Shown here in pieces: positions 12,031-25,300 of a DNA stretch of 64,000 nt. Position 1 is the stretch's first letter; each line of letters begins with the position of its first letter. Both the position numbers and the translations under genes were made by a program. Origin of the DNA: Azolla caroliniana (taxonomy: Eukaryota; Plantae; Polypodiophyta); assembly GCA_043228905.1 (NCBI GenBank), contig JBHGNT010000004.1:18848001-18912000 (forward strand). The letters run 5' to 3'. Under the pieces are notes generated by a model. That model was not told the DNA's origin, did not search any database, and saw nothing but the letters and a program-made list of their open reading frames with translations.

Positions 12031-14920
12031 GTACATCTCTAAATTCGGGTTAACCTTCGTGGATTGTGTAAACTACGGTCTACCATTGTCTTGGTGTCAA
12101 ATTGGACATGCAATGAATTTGTGATTGACATCCTCCTATATTAGTACAAGAAATGTGCCCCATCTAAAATGTGCCAATGTTTTAAAGCCATTGCCAAATG
12201 CACAAGTAACAATTTGATGTGCACCCCAATCATCAAATTTTTGTTGTCCATACTTAGTCTCTTCTTCATATTTTCCACGTGGAAAGCCATTTGAATGTCC
12301 ATTCCAGTATTGGTGATTATTGTAGGATCCCTCATTCAAATACTTATATTGATGGCTCCTAATATTAGAAACTAGTTTTGTTGTTTGCATTATTGTCTCA
12401 TTTCGAAACTAGACCAGGTTCAATGAATTTGTATGGTATCAAAAGTAAGTGTTTTCGTTTACGACACCTCCTACTTTCTTTTCTTGGCACACTTGATCAT
12501 CCGAATACACTTATTTGGCACATGTTATGTCATTGTAACCTCAAATTCATCTACTTCTTCCTATAGTTGAGTTAATTGATTATGAATACATAAGATTGTC
12601 TTGTTAGAAGTGATTTCGAACTTTGTTAAGTTTGTTTGAACAAATACTTAATTGCAATACCCATAAGAAATGGAACTTTAATTTCTAATATTTCAAAAGA
12701 TGATATTTTTTTCAACCCCCTCTACTAGGGAAATTAAATTGTAAATGTATATTTCAAAGTCAAAACAACGATCTTAAACTAAAGTGTGCATGTGTCGGTC
12801 GTATAGTCATCAAACTCAACCCATTGCTTAACACTTTAAACCCATCAACTTAATATAGGTTCGAAAAGACATGATCAGAATATGAATTTACACCTAATTT
12901 TCATATAGTATAATTATCAATATATAATTCTATTGGCTATATTTGAATTCATCATAAGGTTTGCTTATTTCTTCACTCGTTGTGAATGATGTGACAGCCA
13001 TCTTTGGCATACATATAATCAAAATCTTCTTGCTGTTAATACTAATGCTTGTGTGTTCTTTTTTATCCCCCGTGCTCAATTCTATTTTGTTCTACACTTT
13101 TCTCATCATAAAAATGGTGACTCAATTATCATACTTCATTTGACGTGCTAATTTCTCATCATGTAATTCACTGTAAATGTTCATGCATATATTGTTTCTT
13201 AAAAATTGTTTATTCAATGCTCATGCAATTACTCGTGTTCATAATGCTCCATACTCTTTTTTTCGAGAAAAGGACCTTGAATATTTGCAATGGCTTACAT
13301 AGTCTATTAACACATTCACCACATTCACTTCTCTATTCTTGATTTGCTACGATCATTTAAACTTCCAAGAATTTTCATAGGATACCTCTTATCTGATTGA
13401 TACATGTATGGGATAAGCCATTTGTAGCGATAGGAGAAATATCGAAAATAAATCTTAAATACGATAATATCTAGCCTCCCACAAATACAAAAGTCCAAGA
13501 TCTTAAAATAACACAATTCTTGCATCAGCCTTATGATTGTCACGGATTTTTGTTAGTAATTTGGAGTCGTAAACAACATAAGTACAAGTCATTTGTACCG
13601 AACATGGCTTAAATATTGTGCATAACAGTGCAATTCATTCATTATTCATGTTCCAAGAACAAAAAACAATTGTTTCTTGATTGTTCAACATTTGTAGGGT
13701 AGGCATGCAACATGGACAAGACCACACTTTGTCTTCGAGTGGCTCTCAATTTCGGATTATTGTTTCTCGAGACATGGGTAAATATAATGTAACCGAGAAT
13801 GAAAAAAATGAACACTATTTTGACGCATTATCAATACTCGAATCTCAGAATAGGAAAGAAGTAATGAATCACGGATTTCTATATTTGTTTCCTTTGCATC
13901 ATGAAAAATGTATGTCTCACATTTAAGACTGATATTTCAGACGTATACTCTATAAAACAAAAATGTGAGATTATTGGCTTGCGGTTTGCCCAAAGGAAAC
14001 ATATGAATGTTTTTTCAATGTGAAACTTTAACTTTGTCTTTTAATCTTGAAATTTTGGTCGGTCGGTGTGAAGATTGTGCCAAAAACTCTATTTTTTTGT
14101 ATTAACTTGAGGTAAGCCATGTCTACATCAACTATATTTAGGATTCAAGTCTCACTTTACTATTATTATTCTCAAACTCTTTCTCTTTGTCTCTCTCCCA
14201 AATCTATTTTGTCGAGAAAATGTGGCTTTTATTCATGTTTTGGATACTCAAGTTCAAAGATAAACATACACATGCACATTTTTTGTCTCATACTAGATTT
14301 GGCCTCTAGTAAACGTCAAACTCTCTCGTTTCTCTTTTCATAAAAGTAGCATACAAATAAAACAATATAGCAACACAACAAAAGACAGTGTTGTCCTTAC
14401 TACAATAATGAGGGTCTTATGGCAACATAAACGCTCTAACTTGTCATAAGACTAAGTGACATAAAGGCAACTTGTCTAAAGACAAGATGTCCCCCCCGAG
14501 CTTAGTCATGAAAATTGCCAACTCAATATTCCTTTCAACCTATGTGCTTCTTGTTGTACTCCATGGAGACCATGAAACAATAATCCATTTCTCATGGACC
14601 AATTGACCATATGCAATGACTAAGAAAGTTAAACACGACCTTATACAGTGGGGAAATAAAGACATTGACGGCATAGAGAAGACCCATTGAAAGCGATACA
14701 AGATTTTCCTTGTTATTAGTGGCCAACGTGGTGACATGACCCCTCAAATAGCTCTCATAACTAGGCATGCACGAATATGTTCCTAACATCCTCCTCGATC
14801 ATCATACTAGAAAAACACAATCCATCTAAAACATGTCAATGTTTTGAAGCCATTGCTAAAGGCAACCCACTACCATTATTGATTGCTAAGTAAACACTTT
14901 TGTAGATATTGGAATCTCAA

Positions 14921-14954
<34 letters not shown>

Positions 14955-14960
<6 letters not shown>

Positions 14961-15062
14961 TAGCTTACCCTAGTGGTAAGCTACCCTATTAGGACTATGT
15001 CTTGGGTTTGAAACCTAATATTTCTCAATTTTAGTAGATGCCATTGTGGAATGTTGGTCTCC

Positions 15063-15065
<3 letters not shown>
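14955..15065 (-). mobile_element. tRNA-derived SINE-like repeat, internally deleted copy between (CT)n tracts
   Basis: TGTAATTAGCTTACCCTAGTGGTAAG...GGGTTTGAAACC...TAGATGCCATTGTGGAATG. Confidence 0.75.
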
Positions 15066-15094
<29 letters not shown>

Positions 15095-15099
<5 letters not shown>

Positions 15100-15382
15100 G
15101 GTGAAAACACACAATTATATTAATAAATGTGTGTAAAAAACACAACTTACAATGGGTGTGACCATGAAGTATGGTCGCCCACTAACTACACTACACTACA
15201 TGGGTAATGGAACATGTTGAATTGCTAATTCGCAAGACGAACATTCCACCGAGGAAAGGATTTCCACTTGCTCCAATAAAGAAAATTGCCACATTAGTAC
15301 TCCCTTCAACTTTCGTAGATATGCTTTCACTCCATGTCTACCATCAAATACAAAAGCGTTGCGTATATTCCAATTATGACGC

Positions 15383-15385
<3 letters not shown>
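15095..15385 (-). mobile_element. 5'-truncated LINE 3' end (copy 2), flanked by (CT)n on both sides
   Basis: RHNWNIRNAFVFDGRHGVKAYLRKLKGVLMWQF; (CT)n at 15066-15095 and 15386-15424. Confidence 0.65.
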
Positions 15386-15424
<39 letters not shown>

Positions 15425-15425
<1 letters not shown>

Positions 15426-18340
15426 AATCTACGTGGAAAGAGTTTGAAAATGTCTAAAAACATGTTCTTACGAAGTTTCTTACGAAATTCAAACCAATAT
15501 ATTTCAGCCTCCCACGAGCCACACCCGTGGCCTATACATCACTACCATACCTCGCCGGAATTTGAATTGGAAGGATACAACAGAGAGCGAAGATCTTACT
15601 TCGATAGCGGCTACACGTGCGACGATGGTGGACGATTGTCACACCATAACGGCGGCTACATGAGCCGTGGCGATAATTATCCTACGGGCCGATACGGGAG
15701 GTCCATCCAATGCGAAGGCCGTACATCTTATGGAAGCGGCACACGTGCCAACATAAGATAAGGAGTGTATCCCCATGGCGGCTGTGCAGGAGATCAAGCA
15801 AGCCATGGCACAAACGATCTTCCGTCTTTCCCTCTCGGCCCTCCTCCTCCTCCTCCTCCTCCTCTCCTCCCCACCCCACCCCTGTAGACAATTTCAAACA
15901 TACCCTCTCACTTCCCATATGTGTTTAACCCTAATCACGCCCCTCCCCCCCCCTCTTTACTTCCTACAAATTTGATGCATGCCCCCCCTTTATTTTCTAT
16001 AAACCCCCCTCATACCCCCCCCCCCCCCCCCCATTTTTTAACCATACCCCTATGCATTTCCCCCCTAATAACCCCCACAACGTTTCCCTATTTCCAAATT
16101 ATACCCCTCCCCCTTTTCATGCATTTCCTACACATACCCCCCCTTCTTTACACATAACTCCCCTTCTACTTCTAGTAGATTTCAATATTCTACTGCGCCC
16201 TCTAAATTTCCCCCACACGTATATGAAATCCCTCATAGAAAACAACCTATCCGTACTCACAATAATCGCCCCCTTCCCATGAAACTACAAACTTTCCCAT
16301 GTAATAGTGTTAGGACAAAAAACGTGTAGCTAGGCGTGCCAAACGGGATAGTAAACAGTTTTGGCATGCCATACATGCCGTGAAACGTCTCTTTTACCTT
16401 CTCGATAGACCTACTTCTACTTTAGATACTTTCATGTGGTTAGGACGTCATACATCTAATTTTCCCTTCTCCCCATATGTGAAAAAGACCCGTAGTAGGA
16501 AACCCCGTAATAAATTTTGGACACCTCTCCTTACCACAACCACTCTAATTATTCCCTCTCTAAACATGAGACACAACTCCTTAGCCTAGGTTTGAAACAC
16601 ATCCTCCCATCTTCTCCACCATCATCCCTTACCCTACTTAAAGAATTTGATAGCCTAAGTAGGACCCTTCGACTTAAACATTTTTTTAAAGATGTGGATA
16701 ATTTGCCCCCAAATCCCTGTAAGCTACCTAACCCTAGTTGGCAACCTCCTACTAAGTACACTCTCCTAGAAAACATTATATCTAAACACCAAACTATCTT
16801 TAGGGACACACTTCATACACTCAAATTAAAACCCACTAGGATTGCACTTCACTTATCACTAGCCTTACAATCTCTTAAGAAAAACAACAAAATCATAATC
16901 CTACCTGCTGACAAGAATGTTGGAGTGTGTGTTCTTGATAAGGACACGTACTATAACAAAGCTATAGAACGCCTTTCCGATACTAATACATATAAAAAAG
17001 TCTCCCACTATCCACTTGAGGAATTATCCTATAGATTGAAAAGCATTGTTAATAACCATCTTGGTACCCTAACCAACATAGAAGCCAACTACATACTACA
17101 TAAACCCTCAAAAGGGTACCAAGTATGTAATATCTATTTCCTCCCAAAACTCCATAAAAACCCAATAGGTTTTAGACCTATTTGCTCATACAATAACTCC
17201 CTTTTTGAACAAACATCAAAATGGCTTCACCACCAACTCATGCCTATCCTTCTCCTTCAGAAGCAATATTTGAAAGACTCACATTCCCTTGTCCAAACTT
17301 TAGAACATCTCAACCCACCCCTTAATAGTTTTATCTTCACCTTTGATGTTGAATCTTTATATCCCAGCATACCCCCTAGGTTAGGACTTCAAGCTTTACG
17401 AAAAATGATTGCCCCACATTTTTCATCTTCTAAAACTAACCTTATCTATACACTTAGTGCACTCACGTTAGAATATCACTTTCTATCCTTTGATGACATG
17501 ATCTATCAACAAGTCAAGGGTACAACCATGGGTAGTAATTTTTCTGTAGTTTATGCATGCCTATTCTTAGCTCACTTAGAGAACTCCCAACCATCACACC
17601 CTAATCTTTTTTATTTCACTAGATATATAGATGATGCATTCGGGATATGCACGGGTACTAAACTCAAATTAGAAAATTACCTCCAGTTCTATAACACCTC
17701 CACTAATAATTGCATCAAAATTACCATCACCACTTCTCCCTTTAGATTACTGTTCTTAGATTTATGGATTAACCTAAAGAATTCATATTTCTCCTTTAAT
17801 TGCTACCAAAAGCCCCAAAATGCCTACCAGTATCTCTCATTCTCGTCAGTTCACCCCCTTCACTTAAAACGTCATTTTATTATTAATGAACTAAAACGAT
17901 ACCTAATTAGAGAAAGTACCCCCTTAGGTTTCCTTCGAATAAAAAAACTATTTTTTAGTAGATTAGTTAAGAGAGGATATCCCCTTTCTTTTATATTAGA
18001 GAATTATAAAAAGGTCCCATTTAGCGCTAGGAAATCACTAGTATTTAGTAGAAAACCTAAAAGTATCCTTATACCTGTTATCTTCAAACTTAGGTATACG
18101 AAAGATACCCCTAGATTAGGAATTCATGACATGCTAGAAAACCTCCACGCGGATTTAGCCACACATCCCCAACTATCCGAACTACCGCGACCCTTCATAT
18201 GTTGGACTAAGTCTAAGTCCATTCATTCCCTTCTTGTCAAAACTAAATATAAATCCATAAATACTCCCACTTAATACTATATTCCTTTTATATCCCATTT
18301 CTACATGTTAAGAAACAAACGCCCTACACCCTCCTCCTCC
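15425..18340 (+). mobile_element. Penelope-like retroelement (PLE), apparently lacking an endonuclease
   Basis: Short Gly/Tyr/Arg-rich ORF from ATG 15450, a C-rich spacer, then a PLE-type RT. The 5' boundary is at (CT)n; both boundaries are approximate. Confidence 0.75.
16517..18274 (+). CDS. Penelope-like reverse transcriptase (585-aa ORF; true N-terminus probably frameshifted upstream)
   Basis: LLSLGLK, PADKN, YFLPKLHK..FRPICS, TFDVESLYPSIP, QQVKGTTMGS, RYIDD, FLDLWI, YQKP..YL..SVHP, RGYP. No GIY-YIG before the stop. Confidence 0.88.
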   Translation: MDTSPYHNHSNYSLSKHETQLLSLGLKHILPSSPPSSLTLLKEFDSLSRTLRLKHFFKDVDNLPPNPCKLPNPSWQPPTKYTLLENIISKHQTIFRDTLHTLKLKPTRIALHLSLALQSLKKNNKIIILPADKNVGVCVLDKDTYYNKAIERLSDTNTYKKVSHYPLEELSYRLKSIVNNHLGTLTNIEANYILHKPSKGYQVCNIYFLPKLHKNPIGFRPICSYNNSLFEQTSKWLHHQLMPILLLQKQYLKDSHSLVQTLEHLNPPLNSFIFTFDVESLYPSIPPRLGLQALRKMIAPHFSSSKTNLIYTLSALTLEYHFLSFDDMIYQQVKGTTMGSNFSVVYACLFLAHLENSQPSHPNLFYFTRYIDDAFGICTGTKLKLENYLQFYNTSTNNCIKITITTSPFRLLFLDLWINLKNSYFSFNCYQKPQNAYQYLSFSSVHPLHLKRHFIINELKRYLIRESTPLGFLRIKKLFFSRLVKRGYPLSFILENYKKVPFSARKSLVFSRKPKSILIPVIFKLRYTKDTPRLGIHDMLENLHADLATHPQLSELPRPFICWTKSKSIHSLLVKTKYKSINTPT

Positions 18341-18342
18341 TC

Positions 18343-18905
18343 CTTGAGATGGGATCACTTCCCATTGAGATCATAGCCATGGAGAGGGTTGTTGAATACA
18401 TGCATAAGGTTCAAAAATGTCCCTCACATCGACTTCCTAGAATTGCATGGGACGCACGCAAAAAGATCCAAAAGACGCATAACAACAAAAATTTGTGTTC
18501 CGGTTTGATGCAAGATATAAAAAAATGGTTTGGTAGATGGGATGCAAGACACTTGCGTCATGATGCATCACTAGATTCCTCAGTAAATGAGGCCTTTTTG
18601 CAACACCAATGTATCATGACATGGGACAAATGTGGAGGCTCACGCTTCACACATTATACTACACATGTTGCACCTAACTACAAAACCATATTCTTCGTGG
18701 AACGGGGAAACTGTACACATCAATACATGTTAGAGCCCATCCCGTTTTCTACCATTCGAACCATTGCTTCCATGCGACTTAGCTCACATGCATTGCAATG
18801 TGAGACAGGGCGTTGGGGCACAAGTGGTAAGAATGGCCGGCTATGCACACTTTGCCATAAACAAGTTTGAGAGTCTGAGTATCACGCTTTGATACAATGC
18901 TCTAC
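18343..18905 (+). mobile_element. Non-LTR retrotransposon ORF2 C-terminal fragment (RTE-X/L2-like)
   Basis: EMGSLP..RLPRIAW..MRLSSHALQCETGRW..RLCTLC..*ESEYHALIQC (CCHC zinc knuckle). Confidence 0.8.
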
Positions 18906-19046
18906 CTTTTTTCCCCCCCAAAAAAACATCTTCTTCATTAGTAGAAACTTGTACATCCATGAAAAAATGATTACACTAACAACCTTGTAAAGGTTGTAGC
19001 CGTGGTAGACCAATAAAAACTACAAAGAGTCATAGTATAAAAGTAC

Positions 19047-19433
19047 TGTTGAGAATCAAGCTTCACTTGGTCTAGTGTGTGAACTCACCTTGAGAGTGAA
19101 TAGACACTCCAACGGTCAAGAGTCACCATTATGTCACCTCTTTGTATTCTAGCATTTAGTATGAGTCGTAGAATCATATTCTATGACACATAACTTATGA
19201 GCTTTCACATTCCCCATGCTCCATGAGTCTTGTAGTTAATGAAGAGAGAGAGTGACTATATAAAGCACTCTCCTCCCACCTTGTATGATGTTGAGTCTTT
19301 CTCCTTTGTTAATATACTTTACCTTGCGTATTCTCTGTGTCTTACTCCTTGTCTTTCTCACTCTCGCTCTCTCTCATACACACACAGTTCACATCTATTC
19401 CGCTGCACGGAATCCATCTCTTGATTCTTTACA
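19047..19433 (+). repeat. 5' LTR of Copia A
   Basis: Matches 29412-29808 apart from a few substitutions and a CT-tract indel. Confidence 0.96.
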
Positions 19434-19586
19434 TGGTATCAGAGCGACTTGGTAGCTCGATCTAGCCCATCTGCGTGCGCTGTGTCCTACGCCAATGACC
19501 AAGAACCGGCTCATTGCTATCGTAGCTTCGCTACATAGCTCACATTCAAAGAGAGAAGAAGAAGAAGAAGAAGAAGAATCGACATA

Positions 19587-22310
19587 ATGAATACTCAAAT
19601 GGGGAGCGCTCTCCCTACTGAGAAGTTGGATCGAAACAACTTCGCATCTTGGGAGTACAAGATGCACCAATACCTTGTCAGACAAGGCTATTGGAGCTAC
19701 ATCAAAGGAGAGCACAAAGACCAGCCGCCGAAGCGGCTCCCGGATACGCGACATGGGAGCAAGCCGCGTGATGTATTGCTTGGCGACATGTGTTCACGAT
19801 CACATGCTCAGCTACATTCGCGAAGCCAAGGCGCTGAAGGAGGCATGGGAAAATCTACGAAAGATTTTCGCGGCGAACACAACCGCAAGAAGGCTTTAAC
19901 TTCGCCAAGAGTTGAACAACATTCAACAAAGGGACATGTCCATCACGACATACACCTCGAAGATCAAGGAGCTTTGCAATTTGCTCAGCTCGATAAGCGT
20001 AAATATCGATGATGATAAGATGGTGCAAATATGCCTCGGTGGCCTCGCACCACGGTTCGGCGCGATGTGAACCGCCGTTCTAGCACATGAGAAATCTCCC
20101 TCCGTTTTCGAGCTCCAATCAATGCTATTGGTCGAAGAAAACCATGTGCATACAAGGAGCAATGAGTCGGAAGGCCACATGCTCTACACGCACTCGAATG
20201 GAGGAAGAGGACGCGGATGAGCGAGAGGCCGATTTGGCCAAGGACAAGGCGGACGAGGTCTGACCTACGACAACAACCCCCAATTTCGGCCGTAAAACGG
20301 AAGCCAACGAGGAACCTTCGCAAGAAGGGGGAGCTTCCACTCCGGCCCGAGCCGTCAAAATGCAACCGAATGCGGATATTGCGGAAAGCTCGGCCACCAC
20401 GAAGAAGAGTGCCGAAAGAAGATGCGCGAATTGGCTTCCACAAGTCGACAACTCACAAATTATGCGCACAATTCTGATTACAAAGAGTATAGCGGAATGT
20501 ATGGGCACAACTCCGACTACGAAGATCATAGCGGAATGTACGGGCACAACTCCGACTACGAAGATCGTGGTGGAATGTATGCACACAACTTCGACCGTGG
20601 CGGAATGTTCATGATGAAACATAGAGAAAACTCTATGTCAGCCTCTACCTCAACTAGTGCCCTCAATCTGGAGGGCATATGGTTTGTTGACTCCGGAGCC
20701 TCAAACCATATGACATCTCATATAGAATGGTTTCTCGAACTTTGAGAGCCAGAGCGACCCGGTTATGTCGAAACCGGAGATGACACTACGCACCTGATTC
20801 GGCACACCGGCAATGTTCCGTTCGGTGAAAGAGGTAAGCAAACATACATTAAAAATGTCTTGCATGTTCCCACCATCACGAAGAATTTGGTCTCGGTCGG
20901 CCAAATGGTTGAGCAAGGGATGCAAGTACGATTCGACCAAGAAGGGTGCTTCATCGAAAAAGAGGGCCGAATCATTGCGCGCGGAAGAAGAGAGGGCCGG
21001 ATGTTCATTCTCAATTCACACGAGATGAAATCCGCCATGTTCGCAAAAAGCACGAAAGCGGACTCCGACATAGAGCTATGGCACAAGTGAATCGGCCACA
21101 TCAATCTCAACAAACTCAAAGCAATGAAATTGAAAAAAGTCGTCATCGGACTCCCGACATTCAAAGAGGAGGAGATTGAAGGTGTATGGGAAGCGTGCCA
21201 ATTCGGCAAGCAACACCGACACCCATTCCCGAAAGAGCGGAACGTGAGCAAAGGTCTACTCGACGTAGTCCATTCCGACGTATGGGGACCGGCGCATACG
21301 GCTACATTCGGCGGATGCTGATATTACGTGCTCTTCATCGACAACTTCTTTAGGCACACGTGGCTCTATCCGATGTGGCAAAAGAGCGAAGTGTTTGGAC
21401 ACTTCCAAAGGTTTAAAAACGAAGTCGAAAAAGCCATTGGTCGTCATGTACGACGCCTTCGATCGGATGGCGGCAATGAGTACTTCTCAGACGATTTCAC
21501 GGCGTATCTTCGAAAGGAAGGAATTCGGCGAGAATTCACTTGCCGACACACTCCACAACAAAACGGAGTAGCCGAGCGCAAAAATCGGCACATCCTCGAA
21601 GTAGCGTGGGCCATGATGAACGAGAAGCATATGCCCAAGTCATATTGGGCCAAAGTTGCAAATACGGTTGTCTACCTAATGAACTAGTGCACAACATCCG
21701 AAGTGCACAAGGTCACTCCGCACGAAAAATACTCCGGAAAGAAGCCGGACTTATCGCACACCTGAATATTCGGCGCGATAGTGTACGTGCATATCCCCGA
21801 CGAGAAGCGTCAAAAGCTTGACCCGAAGTCGAAGAAATGTATCCTCGTAGGATATTCACTGGAGCTAAAGGGGTACAAGTGCTACAACCCCTCAACTCGA
21901 AAATCTCGAGTAAGTCGAGACGTCGTTTTTGACGAGTCTGCATCCTGGTACACACCAGAGACAACTTCGACTCCAACTCCGCTCGACCCGGAATCCGCCG
22001 AACAAGAGATAGAGGATGAAGATCGCCTTACACGCATGTTTGAAGAAAGTCTGATCACGACCCGACTGAGCGAACCACAAGAGCCTTTGAGAGATCAAAG
22101 CACATCACGGCCTAGCCCGAAGATGGACAAAGGCAAAGCGAAAATGACGGAATACGAAGACGATCGCTTCGACGACAATGAGTCGACTCATTCACTCGAT
22201 AATGAGTTCGGCGGCTTCGATGTACCAATCGGAGCTAAGAAAGCCCTCATCTTTGCAAATGAAAAGCTCCGTTGCTCTACCCGTGAAAGGAATCCGGTCA
22301 GCCGATTCGG
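19587..22310 (+). pseudogene. Copia A gag-PR-IN (frameshifted, with stops)
   Basis: KLDRNNFASWEYKM; zinc knuckle CGYCGKLGH; CQFGKQHR; VHSDVWGP; KLDPKSKKCILVGY. Confidence 0.9.
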
Positions 22311-25300
22311 TGTTGGGTATGTGAGGAAGAGTGGGAAACACACAAGAAGCTCAAAGAAAGAAGCACTCACACAAGGAAGGCAATGGCTGGAATAGCTCTC
22401 TATTGATGAATGTTCCTAAAAAAATAGAAGCTGAAATATATATCCCTAAGTACTAAGTACCACCACTTATGAGTGACTCATGTATGTGGTAACATGGGGA
22501 AAAAACCTCTAGCCAGCACTAGAGTAAAAAGTGCCCATGTATAGGGAAAATGGTTCACATCAAAGCTACTAGAGGAACACGCAAGTGTAACAAACCCCCC
22601 TGGAGCGAATGATGTGAACATGTACAAGGAGTGACAGATCAGCCCCCACAAGGCAATAAGCCTAAAGCTTTGCGAAAAGCTTCAAACTTTTCTCGTGGAA
22701 GAGCTTTGGTGAATATGTCTGCCACGTTATCTTGTGTAGGCACATATACCAAATCAATATCTCCTGCATGAAAGCGCTCTCTCACATAGTGATAATGCAC
22801 CTCAATGTGTTTGGTCCGTGCATGAAATACAGGATTTCGTGCAACAGCCAATGCACTCTGACTATCTGTGAGAATACGTGTAGCAACTTCAATCTCCATG
22901 CAAAGATCCATCAAAAGGCGTCTTAGCCATATACACTCCACTGTAGCTGTGAAAACTGCCCTGTACTCAGCTTCACAACTTGATGTCGCCACTGTAGGTT
23001 GCTTTTTACTCAACCAAGATATACATGAGTTTCCAAAGAAAAAGCAATTACCACTAGTGGACACGCGAGTATCATAACAACCAGCCCAATCACTATCTGT
23101 AAAAGCATGCAAGCATGGCTGAGTATCTCTGCCATAAAAGAGACCCAAGCTCAAAGTGCCTCTAAGATATCTGAACACACGTTTCACTGCTTGCCAATGC
23201 TTAGTGCCAGGGCTATGCATGAATCGACTCAATTGGGAGACTGCATACTGTATATCCGGCCTTGTATTGCATGCATATATAAGACATCCCACAGCTTGTT
23301 GATAAAGAGAAGTATCAAACGCATCACTAGAATCCTCAACAGAGAACCTAAATCCTGTCTCCACAGGTGTATAAACCGGCTTGCAATCCTCAAAGTCAAA
23401 ACGCTGAAGTAGTTTTTCAACATACTTTCCTTGATGCATAAACATTCCCCCCTCAACGGATACAAACTGGATGCCAAGATAGTAGCTCAAAAGACCAAGA
23501 TAAGTGACTTCAAAAGTATGCTGCAAATCAGCCATAAGAAAATCGAGTTTTGCATCACATGACCCAGTCAAGAGTATGTCATCAACATAAAGAACGAGCA
23601 CTAGAAGATCAGCCCCATCTTTGCGTACATAAAGTGTGCTTTCAATCGGACTACATGTGAAGCCAAGAGAAATCAAGTGCTTATGGATTTTTTCATACCA
23701 TGCACGCGGAGCTTGCTTGAGACCATACAAGGCCTTATGTAAGCGACAAACCATATGCTCTTTCTCTTTCGTAGCAAATCCAGGAGGTTGCTTCACATAA
23801 ACCTCTTCTTGCAAATCACCATTTAAAAAGGCTGTTTTTATGTCCAATTGATGCATTTTCCAACCTCTTTGGGCAGCCAATGCAACCACGGTACGAATGG
23901 TAGTCATGCGTGAAGTAGGTGCAAAAGTTTCCTCATAATCAATGCCATATTGTTGGGCATATCCTTTGGCAACCAATCTAGCTTTGTAGCGATCAATACT
24001 ACCATCGGGCTTTCGTTTAATCTTGTAAACCCACCTAGTACCAATCACATTCTTTCCTTTTGGCAATTCACATAACTCCCAAGTACCATTTTTATGAATG
24101 GAATCCATTTCTGATTGCATAGCACTCATCCAATGTGGATCATCACATGCATCTTCAAAAGTAAGTGGCTCCTCATTACATGCTATTGCAACAATAGAAT
24201 AATCCACAAAATTACCTGATGCATGGCGAGAGCTTGATCTTGTTTTACCAAGTAAAGGTGCACTCAATTTGCTATCTTGCAAAGTTTGTTTCAGCCACCT
24301 CGGCATAGTTTGTGACCTCTCGATAGCCATACGTTCATTATGTAATACATCTTCAATATGTACATCATGCGTGGGCTGAATTTCATGCTCATTTTCAGCC
24401 ACATTTGGTTGGACATTTCGTGCATTTTCAACACTTATTTGCTGGAAATTTTTATCCCTTTGAGACTCACTTGGCTAGTCTACATGTCCATGGTCAAGCG
24501 AAGCACTTTGGAACAAAGGCATGAGTGTATCAAACACATCTTGTGAGCTAACTGTTGGTTGTTTTTTGCATTCAAGAAAAGGGAAAGCTGAATTTTCAGC
24601 AAATACCACATCTCGACTCACAATAATTGTGTCCGTCAATGGATGATACAAACGATATCCCTTACTTTCCGCACTATAACCAACAAATATGCATTTCTTT
24701 GCCTTGTCATCAAGTTTGTGACGTTGTTGTGATGGCACAAGAGCATATGCCAAACAACCGAACACACGCATATGACTAACCATAGGTTTATGTCCATTCC
24801 AAGCCTCATATGGCGTAATGACTCTCAACGCTTTTGTAGGGCAACGATTCAACACATAATTTGCACACATAACCGCTTCCATCCAAAACTTGTTAGGAAG
24901 ATGCTTTCCTTTAACCATACATCGTGCCATCTCTAAGAGTGTTCTATTTTTGCGTTCTGCAACACCATTTTGTTGAGGTGTATATGGCACCGTACATTGA
25001 TGTAAAATACCTCTTTCACAAAGAAAAGCATTAAACTCATGTGACATATATTCGCCACCACGATCCGTGCGTAGAGTCAAGAGCTTATTTGCGGAAAAAT
25101 TTTCAGCCATAGCTAAAAATGATTTGAAGCAAGAAAAGACTTCATTCTTTGCTTTCATAGGATACACCCATGTATGACAAGTAGCATCATCAATGAAGGT
25201 AACAAAATATACATGCTTTCCAAAAGATGGAGTCTTTACAGGACCACACACATCACTATGAACAAGTTGTAATTTTCTTGTAGTGTGTGTATGACTATCT

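Noticed and set aside
12100-14870. Possible DNA-transposon remnants (shared CATCTAAAA..AATGTTTT.AAGCCATTGC at about 12161 and 14823; Cys-rich peptide near 13300)
   Set aside because: Too decayed to assign a family or termini by eye.
16215-16325. HVYEIP...VLGQKT upstream of the PLE RT as a possible N-terminal GIY-YIG
   Set aside because: The two half-motifs are far too widely spaced, an in-frame stop lies between them, and the conserved R/H/E residues are not evident.
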